From Oligoflexia bacterium (GTDB lineage: Bacteria > Bdellovibrionota_G > JANQFH01), in the NCBI GenBank assembly GCA_028277945.1, contig JANQFH010000008.1, forward strand, positions 195,442 to 259,441: a stretch of 64,000 nt of DNA, read 5' to 3'. The position numbers and the translations under genes are program-made. Positions within the stretch are counted from its first letter, which is position 1. The number at the start of each line of letters is the position of its first letter. Under the pieces are notes generated by a model. That model made no database searches. It saw nothing but the letters and a program-made list of their open reading frames with translations, and was not told where the DNA came from. Positions 9,717-19,142 of the stretch are shown one piece after another.

Positions 9717-10907
9717 ATGTCTCATCCAAAACCAGAGTCTCCAGCGCTTATGGAGCCGATGCTTCCGGCTGCAGGACAATCCTCGCAACTCGAGGATCTT
9801 GCTGTTGATCTCATTGCCAAGGGCAGTAGCTTTCACAGCCTTTTGCCCACGAACCTACAGACAGGCATTGCGGATCTGGTGCGCTCGATGAACTGCTATT
9901 ACAGCAATCTCATCGAAGATCATCACACCCACCCCCGCGACATTGATCGCGCTCTAGCAGATGATTTCTCTACTGAACCAAAAAAGAGAGCCTTACAATT
10001 GGAAGCCAAAGCGCACATTGAAGTACAACGCCTCATGGATCATGGAGGCATCCCCGCCAATCCAACGACGTCTACATTTATTACCTGGATCCACCGGAAG
10101 TTTTGTGAGCGTTTGCCCGACAATCTTCTATGGACTGAAAACCCTGACAGTGGAGAACGTCTTCGCATCCACGCAGGCAAGCTCAGACAAACTAATGTCA
10201 TAGTTGGTCGCCACCTTGCGCCTGAGGCAAAAAATCTCCACGCTTTTCTGGCTCGCTTTCAAGAGGCCTATGATCTACAGCGCCTTTCCAAAGTGCAACA
10301 GATCCTCGCAGTCGCTGCGTCACATCATCGGTTACTGTGGATCCACCCTTTTCTCGACGGCAACGGTAGGGTGGCACGTCTCTTCTCGCATGCGCTCTTG
10401 TTGCATCTGGGTATTGGCAGTTCCCTTTGGTCAGTATCACGCGGTCTAGCCCGTAGCGTCGACGACTATAAAAGCATGCTCATGCAGGCAGATCAGCTGC
10501 GCCGCAATGACCATGATGGTCGTGGTACGCTCTCCCAACAAGGGCTGATGGATTTTTGTGGCTTTTTCTTGGCCACATGTCTTGATCAAATTGAGTTCAT
10601 GCGCTCTCTGTTAGAACCTAAAGAGCTTCTAAATCGTGTTGCTGTTTATACCGAAGAAGAGATGCGTGCCAAGAGACTTCCAAAAGGGAGTCTGGCGCTA
10701 TTGCGACATGCCATACTGGTTGGCGAGATTGCGCGCCATGAGCTCTCTGGCATTACGGGTTACAAAGAACGTCAGGCTCGTAATGTATTAAAAGAACTAT
10801 TAGCTAAAAAACTCCTTTACTCAGCAACTCCACGTGGCCGCGTGCGTCTGGGTTTTCCTATTGAGGTGGTAGAGCGCTGGTTCCCAACCCTCTACCCTGG
10901 AGTCTAA
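9717..10907 (+). CDS. fic: Fic family protein (probable AMP transferase) with C-terminal winged-helix-like region
   Basis: 396-aa ORF with canonical Fic motif HPFLDGNGRVARL; AT-rich promoter-like region upstream (9540..9716). Confidence 0.85.
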   Translation: MSHPKPESPALMEPMLPAAGQSSQLEDLAVDLIAKGSSFHSLLPTNLQTGIADLVRSMNCYYSNLIEDHHTHPRDIDRALADDFSTEPKKRALQLEAKAHIEVQRLMDHGGIPANPTTSTFITWIHRKFCERLPDNLLWTENPDSGERLRIHAGKLRQTNVIVGRHLAPEAKNLHAFLARFQEAYDLQRLSKVQQILAVAASHHRLLWIHPFLDGNGRVARLFSHALLLHLGIGSSLWSVSRGLARSVDDYKSMLMQADQLRRNDHDGRGTLSQQGLMDFCGFFLATCLDQIEFMRSLLEPKELLNRVAVYTEEEMRAKRLPKGSLALLRHAILVGEIARHELSGITGYKERQARNVLKELLAKKLLYSATPRGRVRLGFPIEVVERWFPTLYPGV

Positions 10908-11045
10908 TAAGCGCTCTGTCACGATAACAAAAGGATAGACCACCCATAGTGTCCCCAGGGGCCGATTTGCAACTAGCCAGCGCATGCGATAGACTAGATC
11001 TAAGCTAAGACAACGAGATTTTTGAACATCTTCGCGGAGATACGC

Positions 11046-11987
11046 ATGCAACCAACCCCCCGTTTGTGGGTTTTGCCTCTCTTGATACTCTCTCTTCTAG
11101 CCAGTCCACTGATGGCCCAGGGGCCCGTAGAGGAGCTGGAGAAACAGCAAGAGGATACCCGTCTCTACCTTGAGACCATCGACATGCTCAAGGACAACTC
11201 CCTGGAAAATCAAATCAAAGGCTGGGAGAAGTTCCTCAAGGAGCATCCCGACAACTACTTTCGTGATGAGATCGAGGCCAACCTCGATAACATGAAGGCA
11301 CGCCAGGAGATCATTGCCAGAGAGCAGGAAGAGCAGGATTCTCGACGCTACTTTGCAACCGTGGAGCGGGCCGCAGACAAACCCGTAAGCGAGCAGATCC
11401 CTATCTGGGAGAAGTACCTCAAAGAGAACCCAGACTCACTCTTTGCCAACGAGGCACGCACCACCCTAAACCGCCTGCGTCTACAAGCAGGGCCTGCTGT
11501 GGCACCAGCCCAACAACCCCTGCCATCATCGCCACCCCCTCCAGCGCCCCTACCAACAGCTCCGCCAACCGTCGAGACCACCGCCAAAGATCTGACCCTG
11601 CAGGATGATGGGCTGCTCGATCCCAATCGCGCCCTCTTTCTCGCCTCCGTCCCAGGTCTCATTGTTCCAGGCCTTGGCCACTTTTATGCCGGCAACTATA
11701 CTATTGGCGGAGTCCTCGTCGGCCTACGCGTAGGTGGCTTAGCCCTCATGGGCTATGGTTTCTTTGATGAAAACCGCTTAGCGCTGATTATCCCCGGCAG
11801 CCTGGTGGCTGGCTTCTCCTACGTTCTCGATGTGGTCATGGCGCCCATCCAGGTACGCAACCGCAATCACAGCCTCGAGCCACTCCCACCCTTAGAGGGG
11901 AGCCAACTCAGACCTCTCGACCAAGATCACCCCTTCGCCAAGGCAGAGCAGGAGCTGCTCACCCTCACTGTGGGCTTCTCCTTTTAG
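11046..11987 (+). CDS. secreted/membrane hypothetical protein with proline-rich linker
   Basis: ATG at 11046 preceded by GGAG; signal peptide, helical repeat region, Pro-rich linker (PLPSSPPPPAPLPTAPP), glycine-rich hydrophobic C-terminal segment. Confidence 0.45.
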   Translation: MQPTPRLWVLPLLILSLLASPLMAQGPVEELEKQQEDTRLYLETIDMLKDNSLENQIKGWEKFLKEHPDNYFRDEIEANLDNMKARQEIIAREQEEQDSRRYFATVERAADKPVSEQIPIWEKYLKENPDSLFANEARTTLNRLRLQAGPAVAPAQQPLPSSPPPPAPLPTAPPTVETTAKDLTLQDDGLLDPNRALFLASVPGLIVPGLGHFYAGNYTIGGVLVGLRVGGLALMGYGFFDENRLALIIPGSLVAGFSYVLDVVMAPIQVRNRNHSLEPLPPLEGSQLRPLDQDHPFAKAEQELLTLTVGFSF

Positions 11988-12392
11988 GCTGGATAAAACG
12001 GGACTTTGATCTAGTCTGACCTAAGGTTTCTGGCCCCATACTTGGAAGAGCCACGGCACACTCATAAGAGTGCGGGTATCCTGAGACAAAGTCTTTAAGG
12101 TTGTAACGATTGCAAGGATACTTCTTCATCGTGATATTTGTCGAACTCAAGCAAAGCCCTGCCTTCGCCCTGTAATCAAAACAAGTTGGTCGTATAGTGA
12201 CCATTTTGTTTCCATAAAAGACAATCAGCATTCTATCCAACGTTAGGATCAAGACAAAGTTAATCACTCCACTCCCTTCGTGAAGGCTAACAACTGATTA
12301 CTCTTCGGCTAATAATGGTCTGGCTTTCTTGGCACACAATTTGCTTTTTTTTAAGCCAGCCACGTCACCTTCAATTTGTTATGGGAGGAACT

Positions 12393-12515
12393 ATGAAGGA
12401 CGCAAAAAAGACAAAACGTCAACAGTCTAAGTCGTCAAAAAAAATCTTTTCCCCTATTAAGGACAAGCTGTTAGATACAGCTATGTCGACTATCACATAT
12501 GATGTAACTGGCTAA
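12393..12515 (+). CDS. candidate precursor peptide (40 aa): MKDAKKTKRQQSKSSKKIFSPIKDKLLDTAMSTITYDVTG
   Basis: ATG preceded by GGGAGG at 4-nt spacing; lysine-rich N-terminal part and Ser/Thr-rich C-terminal part; 93 bp upstream of the HExxH and YcaO-like genes. Confidence 0.35.
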   Translation: MKDAKKTKRQQSKSSKKIFSPIKDKLLDTAMSTITYDVTG

Positions 12516-12608
12516 GTAGGCAACGAAAATAAGACAACGAAGCTAAGTATGGGAGTGGATGGTCTCTGCTCCCGTACCTTCAAGCCAGGCATATGAGAGA
12601 TCGATTTA

Positions 12609-13601
12609 ATGTGTTTAGAATATCATTCCGCCCCAGGAAAATTATCACCTTTTGTGCTTCGAAAAAATTTTCAAGGATATTTGGTTAAAAGCGCTATTTC
12701 CTACATTAATGAAGTTCAGTCGTCTTTAAAATTGGACCTCAACCACATAATATTAAAGTTATCCAGCCTAGATCAAAACCAGAAATTTTCCCCCTCTATC
12801 TATACAGGGTATCACATACTACAGTCAGCTTACGATAGTCAGAATAAAACCCTTGTGTTGGATGCCCTTCATTTCTTGGTTCAGTATTGCAATGATAAAG
12901 GTGGTAACAATAACATTGATTATTCAACTATACTTACAGAACCATATGAGAATCATTGTATAGACACTTTTCGAAAATCGAACCCTAAAGATGACTTCGG
13001 CGTGCCAGCTTTTGACGTTGTAGAAATGTTTCCAATACTGAATGTTAAAAAATATAAAATTCCTCCGTCTAGCCTTAAAAAGGCTGAAGAAATATTATCG
13101 CTGATTGATATGGATTTATGGAAAGAGTATCAAGCTTACGTTTCTATCTTAAAGATCTTCCAAGGAAAGAGTCTTCAAGGTGGAACAAGTCTCAACTGTT
13201 TTGGTACGGTATACCTGAGAATGCCTGAGGATTCCGAACATCCGGTACTCTACTTCCTGGAACATATTGTGCATGAAACCTCCCATTTGCATCTCTATGC
13301 ATTAGCCGGAGACAGAGACCTTGTTAGAAACGATTCAGCCTCTGTTTATGACTCGCCAATACGACACGACAAACGGCCCATTATTGGGGTATTTCACGCT
13401 ACGTTTGTTTTGGCTCGCTTAGTCCGTATATTTCAGCGCTACCTAAATCATTTTAGCAATGACTATCCAGAAGGAACTACCTTCTACAACAGAATAAGCA
13501 GAGACTTCAAAACCGGATACTCTATATTGAAAGAAAATTGTCTTTTTACAACGCTTGGGCGACAAATTTTTGATTCGTTAGATGATTGTACGAAAATTTG
13601 A
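12609..13601 (+). CDS. HExxH-motif protein (putative metal-dependent peptide-modifying enzyme)
   Basis: 330-aa ORF with HETSHLH motif and downstream RPIIGVFHATF segment; paralog of 26946..27779 (AHELGHH ... RPLFGIYHAAF); 3' end overlaps the next gene by 20 nt. Confidence 0.55.
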   Translation: MCLEYHSAPGKLSPFVLRKNFQGYLVKSAISYINEVQSSLKLDLNHIILKLSSLDQNQKFSPSIYTGYHILQSAYDSQNKTLVLDALHFLVQYCNDKGGNNNIDYSTILTEPYENHCIDTFRKSNPKDDFGVPAFDVVEMFPILNVKKYKIPPSSLKKAEEILSLIDMDLWKEYQAYVSILKIFQGKSLQGGTSLNCFGTVYLRMPEDSEHPVLYFLEHIVHETSHLHLYALAGDRDLVRNDSASVYDSPIRHDKRPIIGVFHATFVLARLVRIFQRYLNHFSNDYPEGTTFYNRISRDFKTGYSILKENCLFTTLGRQIFDSLDDCTKI

Positions 13602-14607
13602 AAGGAACGACCCTCTTGGAAATACCGCGTTTGGCAAACTACCTATCAAAAAACTGGTACGTGCTGCAGTCTTCCCTGATCGCTTTTTTGTAGGCAAAGC
13701 AGGTATCAAGCTTGTCAATTGGCAAGGAAATAATCAGTACCTTTGTGGCTTCTCATGCAGCAGACAACCGGCTATTGCCGAAAATGTAGCTGTTTTCGAA
13801 CTCTGTGAACGCTTGACAGCAAAGTATGAATTTCAATCTTTTCTGGGCACGAATATGAATACTTTCAGAGCGTTTACCTGGCCCGATGGGAATCCAGCTA
13901 GAGTGACAAAATCTCAATTATTCCTTGGTCCAAATCCATTTTCCCAATTTGGACAAGAGGCAACTGGCCTAGGTTTTGGCCCTGATTATCATCAAGCATT
14001 AAATCACGCTATTCTTGAATTGTTGGAGAGGCACATCTGCGCAGGTCTTTGGTATGAAGCAAAATATAGGCTATGCAAGGCAATCGACAGAGTATCTTTA
14101 GACTCCTTTGACATTTTCTACTATACCCTCCACAGACCGAAGATACCATTTGTTCTAGCCATTATATACTCGAATGAACTTGAGGTGCTTTCAGTCGGCC
14201 ATGCAATAAGATCTACGTTTGAGGAGGCGAAGGAAAAATCCTACTCCGAAGCAGTGATGCTGTTAGATTGTGTTCTCCACAAGGATAACGGTATCTGTAC
14301 CAATTTAAGAACTAAAAATCGTTTGCTTTCTCAAAGAGGTCCCTTAGCAAAAGAACGATTCCAACAATTTAACGATCTGACAGTAAACGTGGCAGCAGCA
14401 AAAAATATCCTAAGCCGATATTTTTCAATATCTGAGATTACTGCGGCGGTGCTTGGCACTAATGACGATATCGAAATTATTCAACTTTTCCGGGATAGAA
14501 ACTTCTGGTCTCTACGAGCACTTTCGAAGAAGGTGGCTACCTTGGCAGAACGTCGACAATCGAATCGATATTCAGAAAAACAAAAGATTCTGGACCCTTA
14601 TTGCTAA
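13582..14607 (+). CDS. short YcaO-like domain protein
   Basis: 341-aa ORF with YcaO signature segments VAVFELCERLTA and TGLGFGPDYHQALNHAILELLERH; overlaps the upstream HExxH gene. Confidence 0.6.
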   Translation: MIVRKFERNDPLGNTAFGKLPIKKLVRAAVFPDRFFVGKAGIKLVNWQGNNQYLCGFSCSRQPAIAENVAVFELCERLTAKYEFQSFLGTNMNTFRAFTWPDGNPARVTKSQLFLGPNPFSQFGQEATGLGFGPDYHQALNHAILELLERHICAGLWYEAKYRLCKAIDRVSLDSFDIFYYTLHRPKIPFVLAIIYSNELEVLSVGHAIRSTFEEAKEKSYSEAVMLLDCVLHKDNGICTNLRTKNRLLSQRGPLAKERFQQFNDLTVNVAAAKNILSRYFSISEITAAVLGTNDDIEIIQLFRDRNFWSLRALSKKVATLAERRQSNRYSEKQKILDPYC

Positions 14608-14619
14608 GATCAGCATACA

Positions 14620-15888
14620 TTAGAGCTTGTCGGAAATAAGGCTATATCTTTTGGCCGTGCTCCACAACAACAGTGTTGAAGCAAGCCCCACAATGCCAGA
14701 AAGACCAATTAACTTGCCTATGGCTGGATCGGCTTTCATAAGTACAGTGAAGATTACCATGGACAGTATATACCCGACTCTGCCATAAGCCTGTCCTTTC
14801 GATATTGAGTAGGTAAACCGATCTTGGCTAAATTGTGACTGAATCTTGTTTGAAAACATTATAAGGGAAACACCGTACAGGATACCGATAATGATCATTA
14901 GGGCAATAAAGGAGTCTCGAGAAGTTCCTCCAGCAAGAATTAGTGTTAGACTTAGAGCTACAAGAAGAAGAATCAATTTATGAATACTACGGAAGTACAC
15001 TTGAAATGCATTTGGGAAGAGAGTAATTGCGGTTAATGCTAGGAGGAATCCAAAGTAGATAGACGATGGACCTGAAAGTATTCGTGTAATTCCAGAAAGA
15101 TGTTTTGATGCTGCTAGCGATTGCATAAGAATAAAGGCAACCGCTCCAAAAGCTAAATTTGTCAAAAATAGAAACTGATTGTTCCATTTTAGCCAATGGT
15201 CGTCTTTTAAATCTATGATACGTTGATTTGCATTGTTCTGAAAAACATCAACCGATACTTGTTGCATACTGGTTATCTTTTTCATAAAGGATAGTAAAAG
15301 GAAGAGTCCAAGTAGAGAAATAAGGTAGGTTATGGAGTTTACGATGCAGACGACAGACCATCCACTAGTTAGCAGCAACGCTGCGACTGAAGCACTTACC
15401 ATGTTTACTCCACGATTTGCAGCATTCGAGAACGCTAAAGCTCTAGGTAGAGGGAAAAAATTATTCCTATCCAGGAAGATAGGAATAATGGTGGTCAGTT
15501 GTCTTGTTATAAGTGATAATGTACGCATTACTATCATCAGAGCGAGAAATAAGCCGTAAAATAGGTGCCTTGGAAGATATGATATTAAGATAGGCAGAAT
15601 GGTCAGTCCCATTAGGATAAATTCGATACATAGGGCGTAAAAAATTCTATCCTTGATATTTATAATGCGATCAATGTATTTTCCAAGAAAGGGTGCTAAA
15701 CCAATTTGCAGTATGGCATCTGTAGAGAACAGAATCCCCGATAACAATATTCCCGAACTATCGTCAAGAAAGAGTGCAACTGCGAAGAAAAGTAAAAGGC
15801 TATCCCCAAGTTTGGAAATAATCGATAAAGAAAGATACCCCCAAATAGGCGCCTTTGTCATGTTGTGGATTGGCTTTTCTCTATCCAT
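14620..15888 (-). CDS. MFS-type transporter
   Basis: 422-aa polytopic membrane protein (about 12 predicted helices), MFS-like loop motif GKYIDRIINIKDR; AT-rich. Confidence 0.7.
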   Translation of the reverse strand: MDREKPIHNMTKAPIWGYLSLSIISKLGDSLLLFFAVALFLDDSSGILLSGILFSTDAILQIGLAPFLGKYIDRIINIKDRIFYALCIEFILMGLTILPILISYLPRHLFYGLFLALMIVMRTLSLITRQLTTIIPIFLDRNNFFPLPRALAFSNAANRGVNMVSASVAALLLTSGWSVVCIVNSITYLISLLGLFLLLSFMKKITSMQQVSVDVFQNNANQRIIDLKDDHWLKWNNQFLFLTNLAFGAVAFILMQSLAASKHLSGITRILSGPSSIYFGFLLALTAITLFPNAFQVYFRSIHKLILLLVALSLTLILAGGTSRDSFIALMIIIGILYGVSLIMFSNKIQSQFSQDRFTYSISKGQAYGRVGYILSMVIFTVLMKADPAIGKLIGLSGIVGLASTLLLWSTAKRYSLISDKL

Positions 15889-15905
15889 ATACTATCATCA
15901 ACAAG

Positions 15906-16033
15906 GCAAGAATTAGGCCAATAGGAATGTCCGGTATTCCAATGGGTTGTAGATAGGTAACGCTTAGGAACAGTATGTCTGATATAGGACGCTCTGTTCA
16001 CCCTGAAGACAGTTTGTTTGTATTGCGAACAAT
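15906..16033. repeat. conserved ~128-bp operon-leader element, copy 1 (pairs with 28018..28145)
   Basis: About 80 percent nucleotide identity to 28018..28145 by eye; internal dyad symmetry (ACAG..GTCTGATATAGGAC..CTGT) and ACAGTTTGTTTG core; lies 17 bp upstream of the MFS start at 15888. Confidence 0.6.
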
Positions 16034-16149
16034 TGAGCCGTTGCCGGTCTGCCATCATGGAACCTCGCATCTGCCTTCAAGGTAAAGGTATACTCATCTC
16101 CTGCATCAGAGAGCAGCCCATTTTCTTGACCACAAACCAACGAACGCAT
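15964..16149 (-). pseudogene. internal fragment of a family-5 SBP gene (deletion remnant)
   Basis: Translation LLSDAGDEYTFTLKADARFHDGRPATAQ matches residues of the SBP5 paralogs (SDAGDEYTFTLNSDARFHDGSPVTAR in 43334..44740), then runs into the leader repeat; no signal peptide and no remainder of the roughly 500-aa protein. Confidence 0.5.
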
Positions 16150-17643
16150 CTAGCGTACCCACAAGACAGATGTATCATGTCTCGTTAGATTGATACTTTC
16201 AGGAAGCATGCCCGCAGAAGCACGATCATCGTGTACCAGGGTCTCAATAGCTCGGCCATCCGCAGATTCACCATGAAAAGCAAAGTAGCCACACCAATAG
16301 CTTAGTGGATCTGCCATGGCATTCAAGTAGGAATAGACATCTATGAGTTCAGAACGTAGCTGAGCAATCTCCGTTTCTGTTTCTCCAAGACCAAAACTCA
16401 GTTCTTCGATAGTCTCTTCCAAGTCGTGAGATGACCGCAAGTCGCCGCTGAAGCAGGTCGCAATAGCAGAAAGTCTTTCCTTCTCTAACCGGCTCAGCTT
16501 TCCTTCGTCGTGAAGTACTTGAACTTTTTGTCTAAACTCCTGTGGATTTTTCTCGATTTCCTCTACAGTAAAACTAATCGACTCTCTCTTATTTTCCAAA
16601 ATTGACAGGCCTCTCAGCGCGTCGATCAGTGTATCTATGACTACTACATCCTCGCCTTTCAAATCCTTGCGAAATTTTTCGAGACTTTGGACAGCCAATT
16701 CGACTGTCGCAAGACTTTCTCTAAAGTAGCTCCCCAGGGCCCTTCGAACAGTCATAGCATCTCCTATTAAAGAGACGAGTTCTCTTGAAGAGTCAGCAAT
16801 AGCCTCTAATCTTCTCAACCTCTGGCCTATTTCCTGACAAGGTTCGAGCAAAATTTTTCTTCTAGCACCTACTCTCAATATCAAGAGAGGAACATGATAT
16901 GGCCGATAGAACATCACAACTTCTGATAGGTCTGTCCTCGACCGCTCATCATATGAGCCCGTAATCGGATGAGGGTAGTATCGCCCTCGAAAATAATTAT
17001 CCACCACTCTTCTAATCAGTTCCCCTTTGAGACGAATTTCCAAAATTCCAGGCTCATCGATTTCAAAAGCTAGTTGAACAAACTCTGGACCAAGTTCAAA
17101 TTGCCTACCCATATCTGCATTTCTGTACATACCCCTATCGGCAAACATAATAGGTTCGCTTAGGGCAAAGTGGGAAACCCCATAATAAGCTTCCCTTTTC
17201 CTATCCCATCTCTTCAAGCTCTTCCAGGTAGTTAGAATGGTCTTTGAGTTTAAACGAACATCAACGTTTACCTTTAATCCGTCTAAACTCCTTTCCAGAT
17301 CGGTTCTCTCACCTCGCCGTTCTTCAAAACTTGCTCCAACAAAATGTAGATCTAGCTCCAAGAGGTACGGCCCTGGGCGAATGATTTTCACTCCTGGGAA
17401 CCTTAGTTCTTTGTTGCCATCTATGATATCAGGATAGTCCGAAGATAGACTGGTAATAAATCTACCGTTTTCCATCCTCCCAAAGAGTCGAAAATTAGTA
17501 ATATCAGCGTAGCTTCCAATTCTAGGACCACGAACTCCATGATAAAAAGTATCTCCAGCCTCTGCAGCACGATCACATAGCGCTACTAGTGCAACCAGAG
17601 ACAATAGGAGCCAATGGTACTTTTGTGTCTTTAGAATTATCAT
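16150..17643 (-). CDS. secreted hypothetical protein
   Basis: 497-aa ORF with N-terminal signal peptide; no recognised motif; the C-terminal end may be derived from the adjacent SBP5 remnant. Confidence 0.4.
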   Translation of the reverse strand: MIILKTQKYHWLLLSLVALVALCDRAAEAGDTFYHGVRGPRIGSYADITNFRLFGRMENGRFITSLSSDYPDIIDGNKELRFPGVKIIRPGPYLLELDLHFVGASFEERRGERTDLERSLDGLKVNVDVRLNSKTILTTWKSLKRWDRKREAYYGVSHFALSEPIMFADRGMYRNADMGRQFELGPEFVQLAFEIDEPGILEIRLKGELIRRVVDNYFRGRYYPHPITGSYDERSRTDLSEVVMFYRPYHVPLLILRVGARRKILLEPCQEIGQRLRRLEAIADSSRELVSLIGDAMTVRRALGSYFRESLATVELAVQSLEKFRKDLKGEDVVVIDTLIDALRGLSILENKRESISFTVEEIEKNPQEFRQKVQVLHDEGKLSRLEKERLSAIATCFSGDLRSSHDLEETIEELSFGLGETETEIAQLRSELIDVYSYLNAMADPLSYWCGYFAFHGESADGRAIETLVHDDRASAGMLPESINLTRHDTSVLWVR

Positions 17644-17648
17644 GCTAT

Positions 17649-18392
17649 TCAGTCTTTTCGCGGTGAAAAAATTACGCCCCCAAGCGTTTCAAAAGGCCTT
17701 CCTATATCTACATCTACCTTCAATACATCGCGGGTCTTGATTCTTGCCCAAAGCGTAGTCGGATCCACACGCCTTTCCTCTTCCATCCAAAACTCGTACT
17801 CGCGAACGAAGAATGCTGGAGAGGTAATATCCGCATCAAAAGCGTTCGGATTAAGATAGTAAATTCTAGGTACCCTATGTTGATGGACCCAATCTATGTC
17901 AGGTTTCTCACTACGAGGCCACTTGTGTGTTTCATAGTTGACCTCATCCACACGTGTTCCGTCGTAGCGGCGACTGTGTTTGAATGTTGCCTTGAGCTTC
18001 CGATTCTCTAGTGCTGATTTTATAATTTTGACTTTCCCAACTCCTGCATAGTGAAAAAATAGAATTACAAGTGCCGTTCGGCCTGAATCGATGTCCTGTA
18101 GAAGTTTCTGAGGAAGAACGGAATCTCTAATTTTATCCGTACCTTCCCTACTTAGGAAGTCAAAAAACCAAATTAGGAAGTCTGATCGAACGAAAAAGAA
18201 AAGTCGATCACCAACGGGATCATGAAATACAAGCGGTTCTTTTATAATCTCCTCCGCCTCGTTCTCGGAAAGCTTCACTCGATGAAAATATTTTGATTCC
18301 TTAATCACTTTGTCCGATGGAAAGTAAGAATCAGCATACAACACTGGCGTCACCACTATAAGAACACTCAAACACAACGTAAAGCGATACAA
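17649..18392 (-). CDS. secreted hypothetical protein
   Basis: 247-aa ORF with signal peptide, 5-bp gap to neighbours in a same-strand gene string. Confidence 0.4.
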   Translation of the reverse strand: MYRFTLCLSVLIVVTPVLYADSYFPSDKVIKESKYFHRVKLSENEAEEIIKEPLVFHDPVGDRLFFFVRSDFLIWFFDFLSREGTDKIRDSVLPQKLLQDIDSGRTALVILFFHYAGVGKVKIIKSALENRKLKATFKHSRRYDGTRVDEVNYETHKWPRSEKPDIDWVHQHRVPRIYYLNPNAFDADITSPAFFVREYEFWMEEERRVDPTTLWARIKTRDVLKVDVDIGRPFETLGGVIFSPRKD

Positions 18393-18395
18393 CTT

Positions 18396-19142
18396 CTACT
18401 CTCCAAAACCCTTCACAAAAAACTTCTCATCGATCAACCGCAGACCCTCATAGACCTCATACTTGATCAAGGCACCCTTGGTATCGCGGTAGAGCCCTTT
18501 GCGCACTTGTCTTGGTTTTTTGTAAAGGCCCTCAACCTTGCTCAAAAAGGCTGCCAGTTCCTCTCTACTAAAAGGGCCATGCCGTTCCCAATCGAGCCAA
18601 TCAGGGCCAATGGAGACCACCACCGATAGCTCACGGCTGCCAGGTTTTACTCCACCAAAGAGCTTCTTTGCCATCCTCTGACTGCCAAGCGTCAGGAGGT
18701 GCCAGTTGCGGCTTTCAAAATGCTCTCGCTTGTTCTGCTGATCCATAAACATAAAATAGACGCCTTCGCTCCAGGAGCTACGATCCAGATTGACGCCTTT
18801 TTTGAAGCGCTCTAAAAATGTTTTTAAATCGGCAGGTTGATCATGCCAATGCCGTATGATCCTTTTGATAAAAGACCAGGTTGAGATGACAGACATGCCC
18901 TCCTCATCTTGCGACTGATCCAGAGAGTCGAGTTTTTCTAATTCATAACCTCTAAACAGTTCCGAACCTGTATCAGGCTCTGTTACCAGCAGCAGAGCAC
19001 CATCTTTAAGTTCCACAGTATCTCCAAACTCTATAGGTCTTTCGATATCCTCAGGAACTCCAGGGATATCAATCACTGTATCTCCCTGCTGTGCAAAGGG
19101 AGAGTCTGGATGGGGGGGTCGTTTTTCTCTCTCACGCATCAC
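18396..19142 (-). CDS. hypothetical protein, possible immunity/partner protein for the upstream RES-domain protein
   Basis: 248-aa ORF whose start overlaps the stop of 19139..20923 by 4 nt; no signal peptide; acidic. Confidence 0.4.
   Translation of the reverse strand: MMREREKRPPHPDSPFAQQGDTVIDIPGVPEDIERPIEFGDTVELKDGALLLVTEPDTGSELFRGYELEKLDSLDQSQDEEGMSVISTWSFIKRIIRHWHDQPADLKTFLERFKKGVNLDRSSWSEGVYFMFMDQQNKREHFESRNWHLLTLGSQRMAKKLFGGVKPGSRELSVVVSIGPDWLDWERHGPFSREELAAFLSKVEGLYKKPRQVRKGLYRDTKGALIKYEVYEGLRLIDEKFFVKGFGE

Noticed and set aside
11348-11662. 104-aa minus-strand ORF
   Set aside because: Antisense to the proline-rich region of 11046..11987; Gly/Arg/Ala-rich translation is typical of the reverse frame of a GC/Pro-rich gene
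12315-12392. N-terminal extension of the candidate precursor ORF (track start 12315)
   Set aside because: The internal ATG at 12393 has a near-consensus GGGAGG Shine-Dalgarno and the extension has none, so the shorter form is preferred
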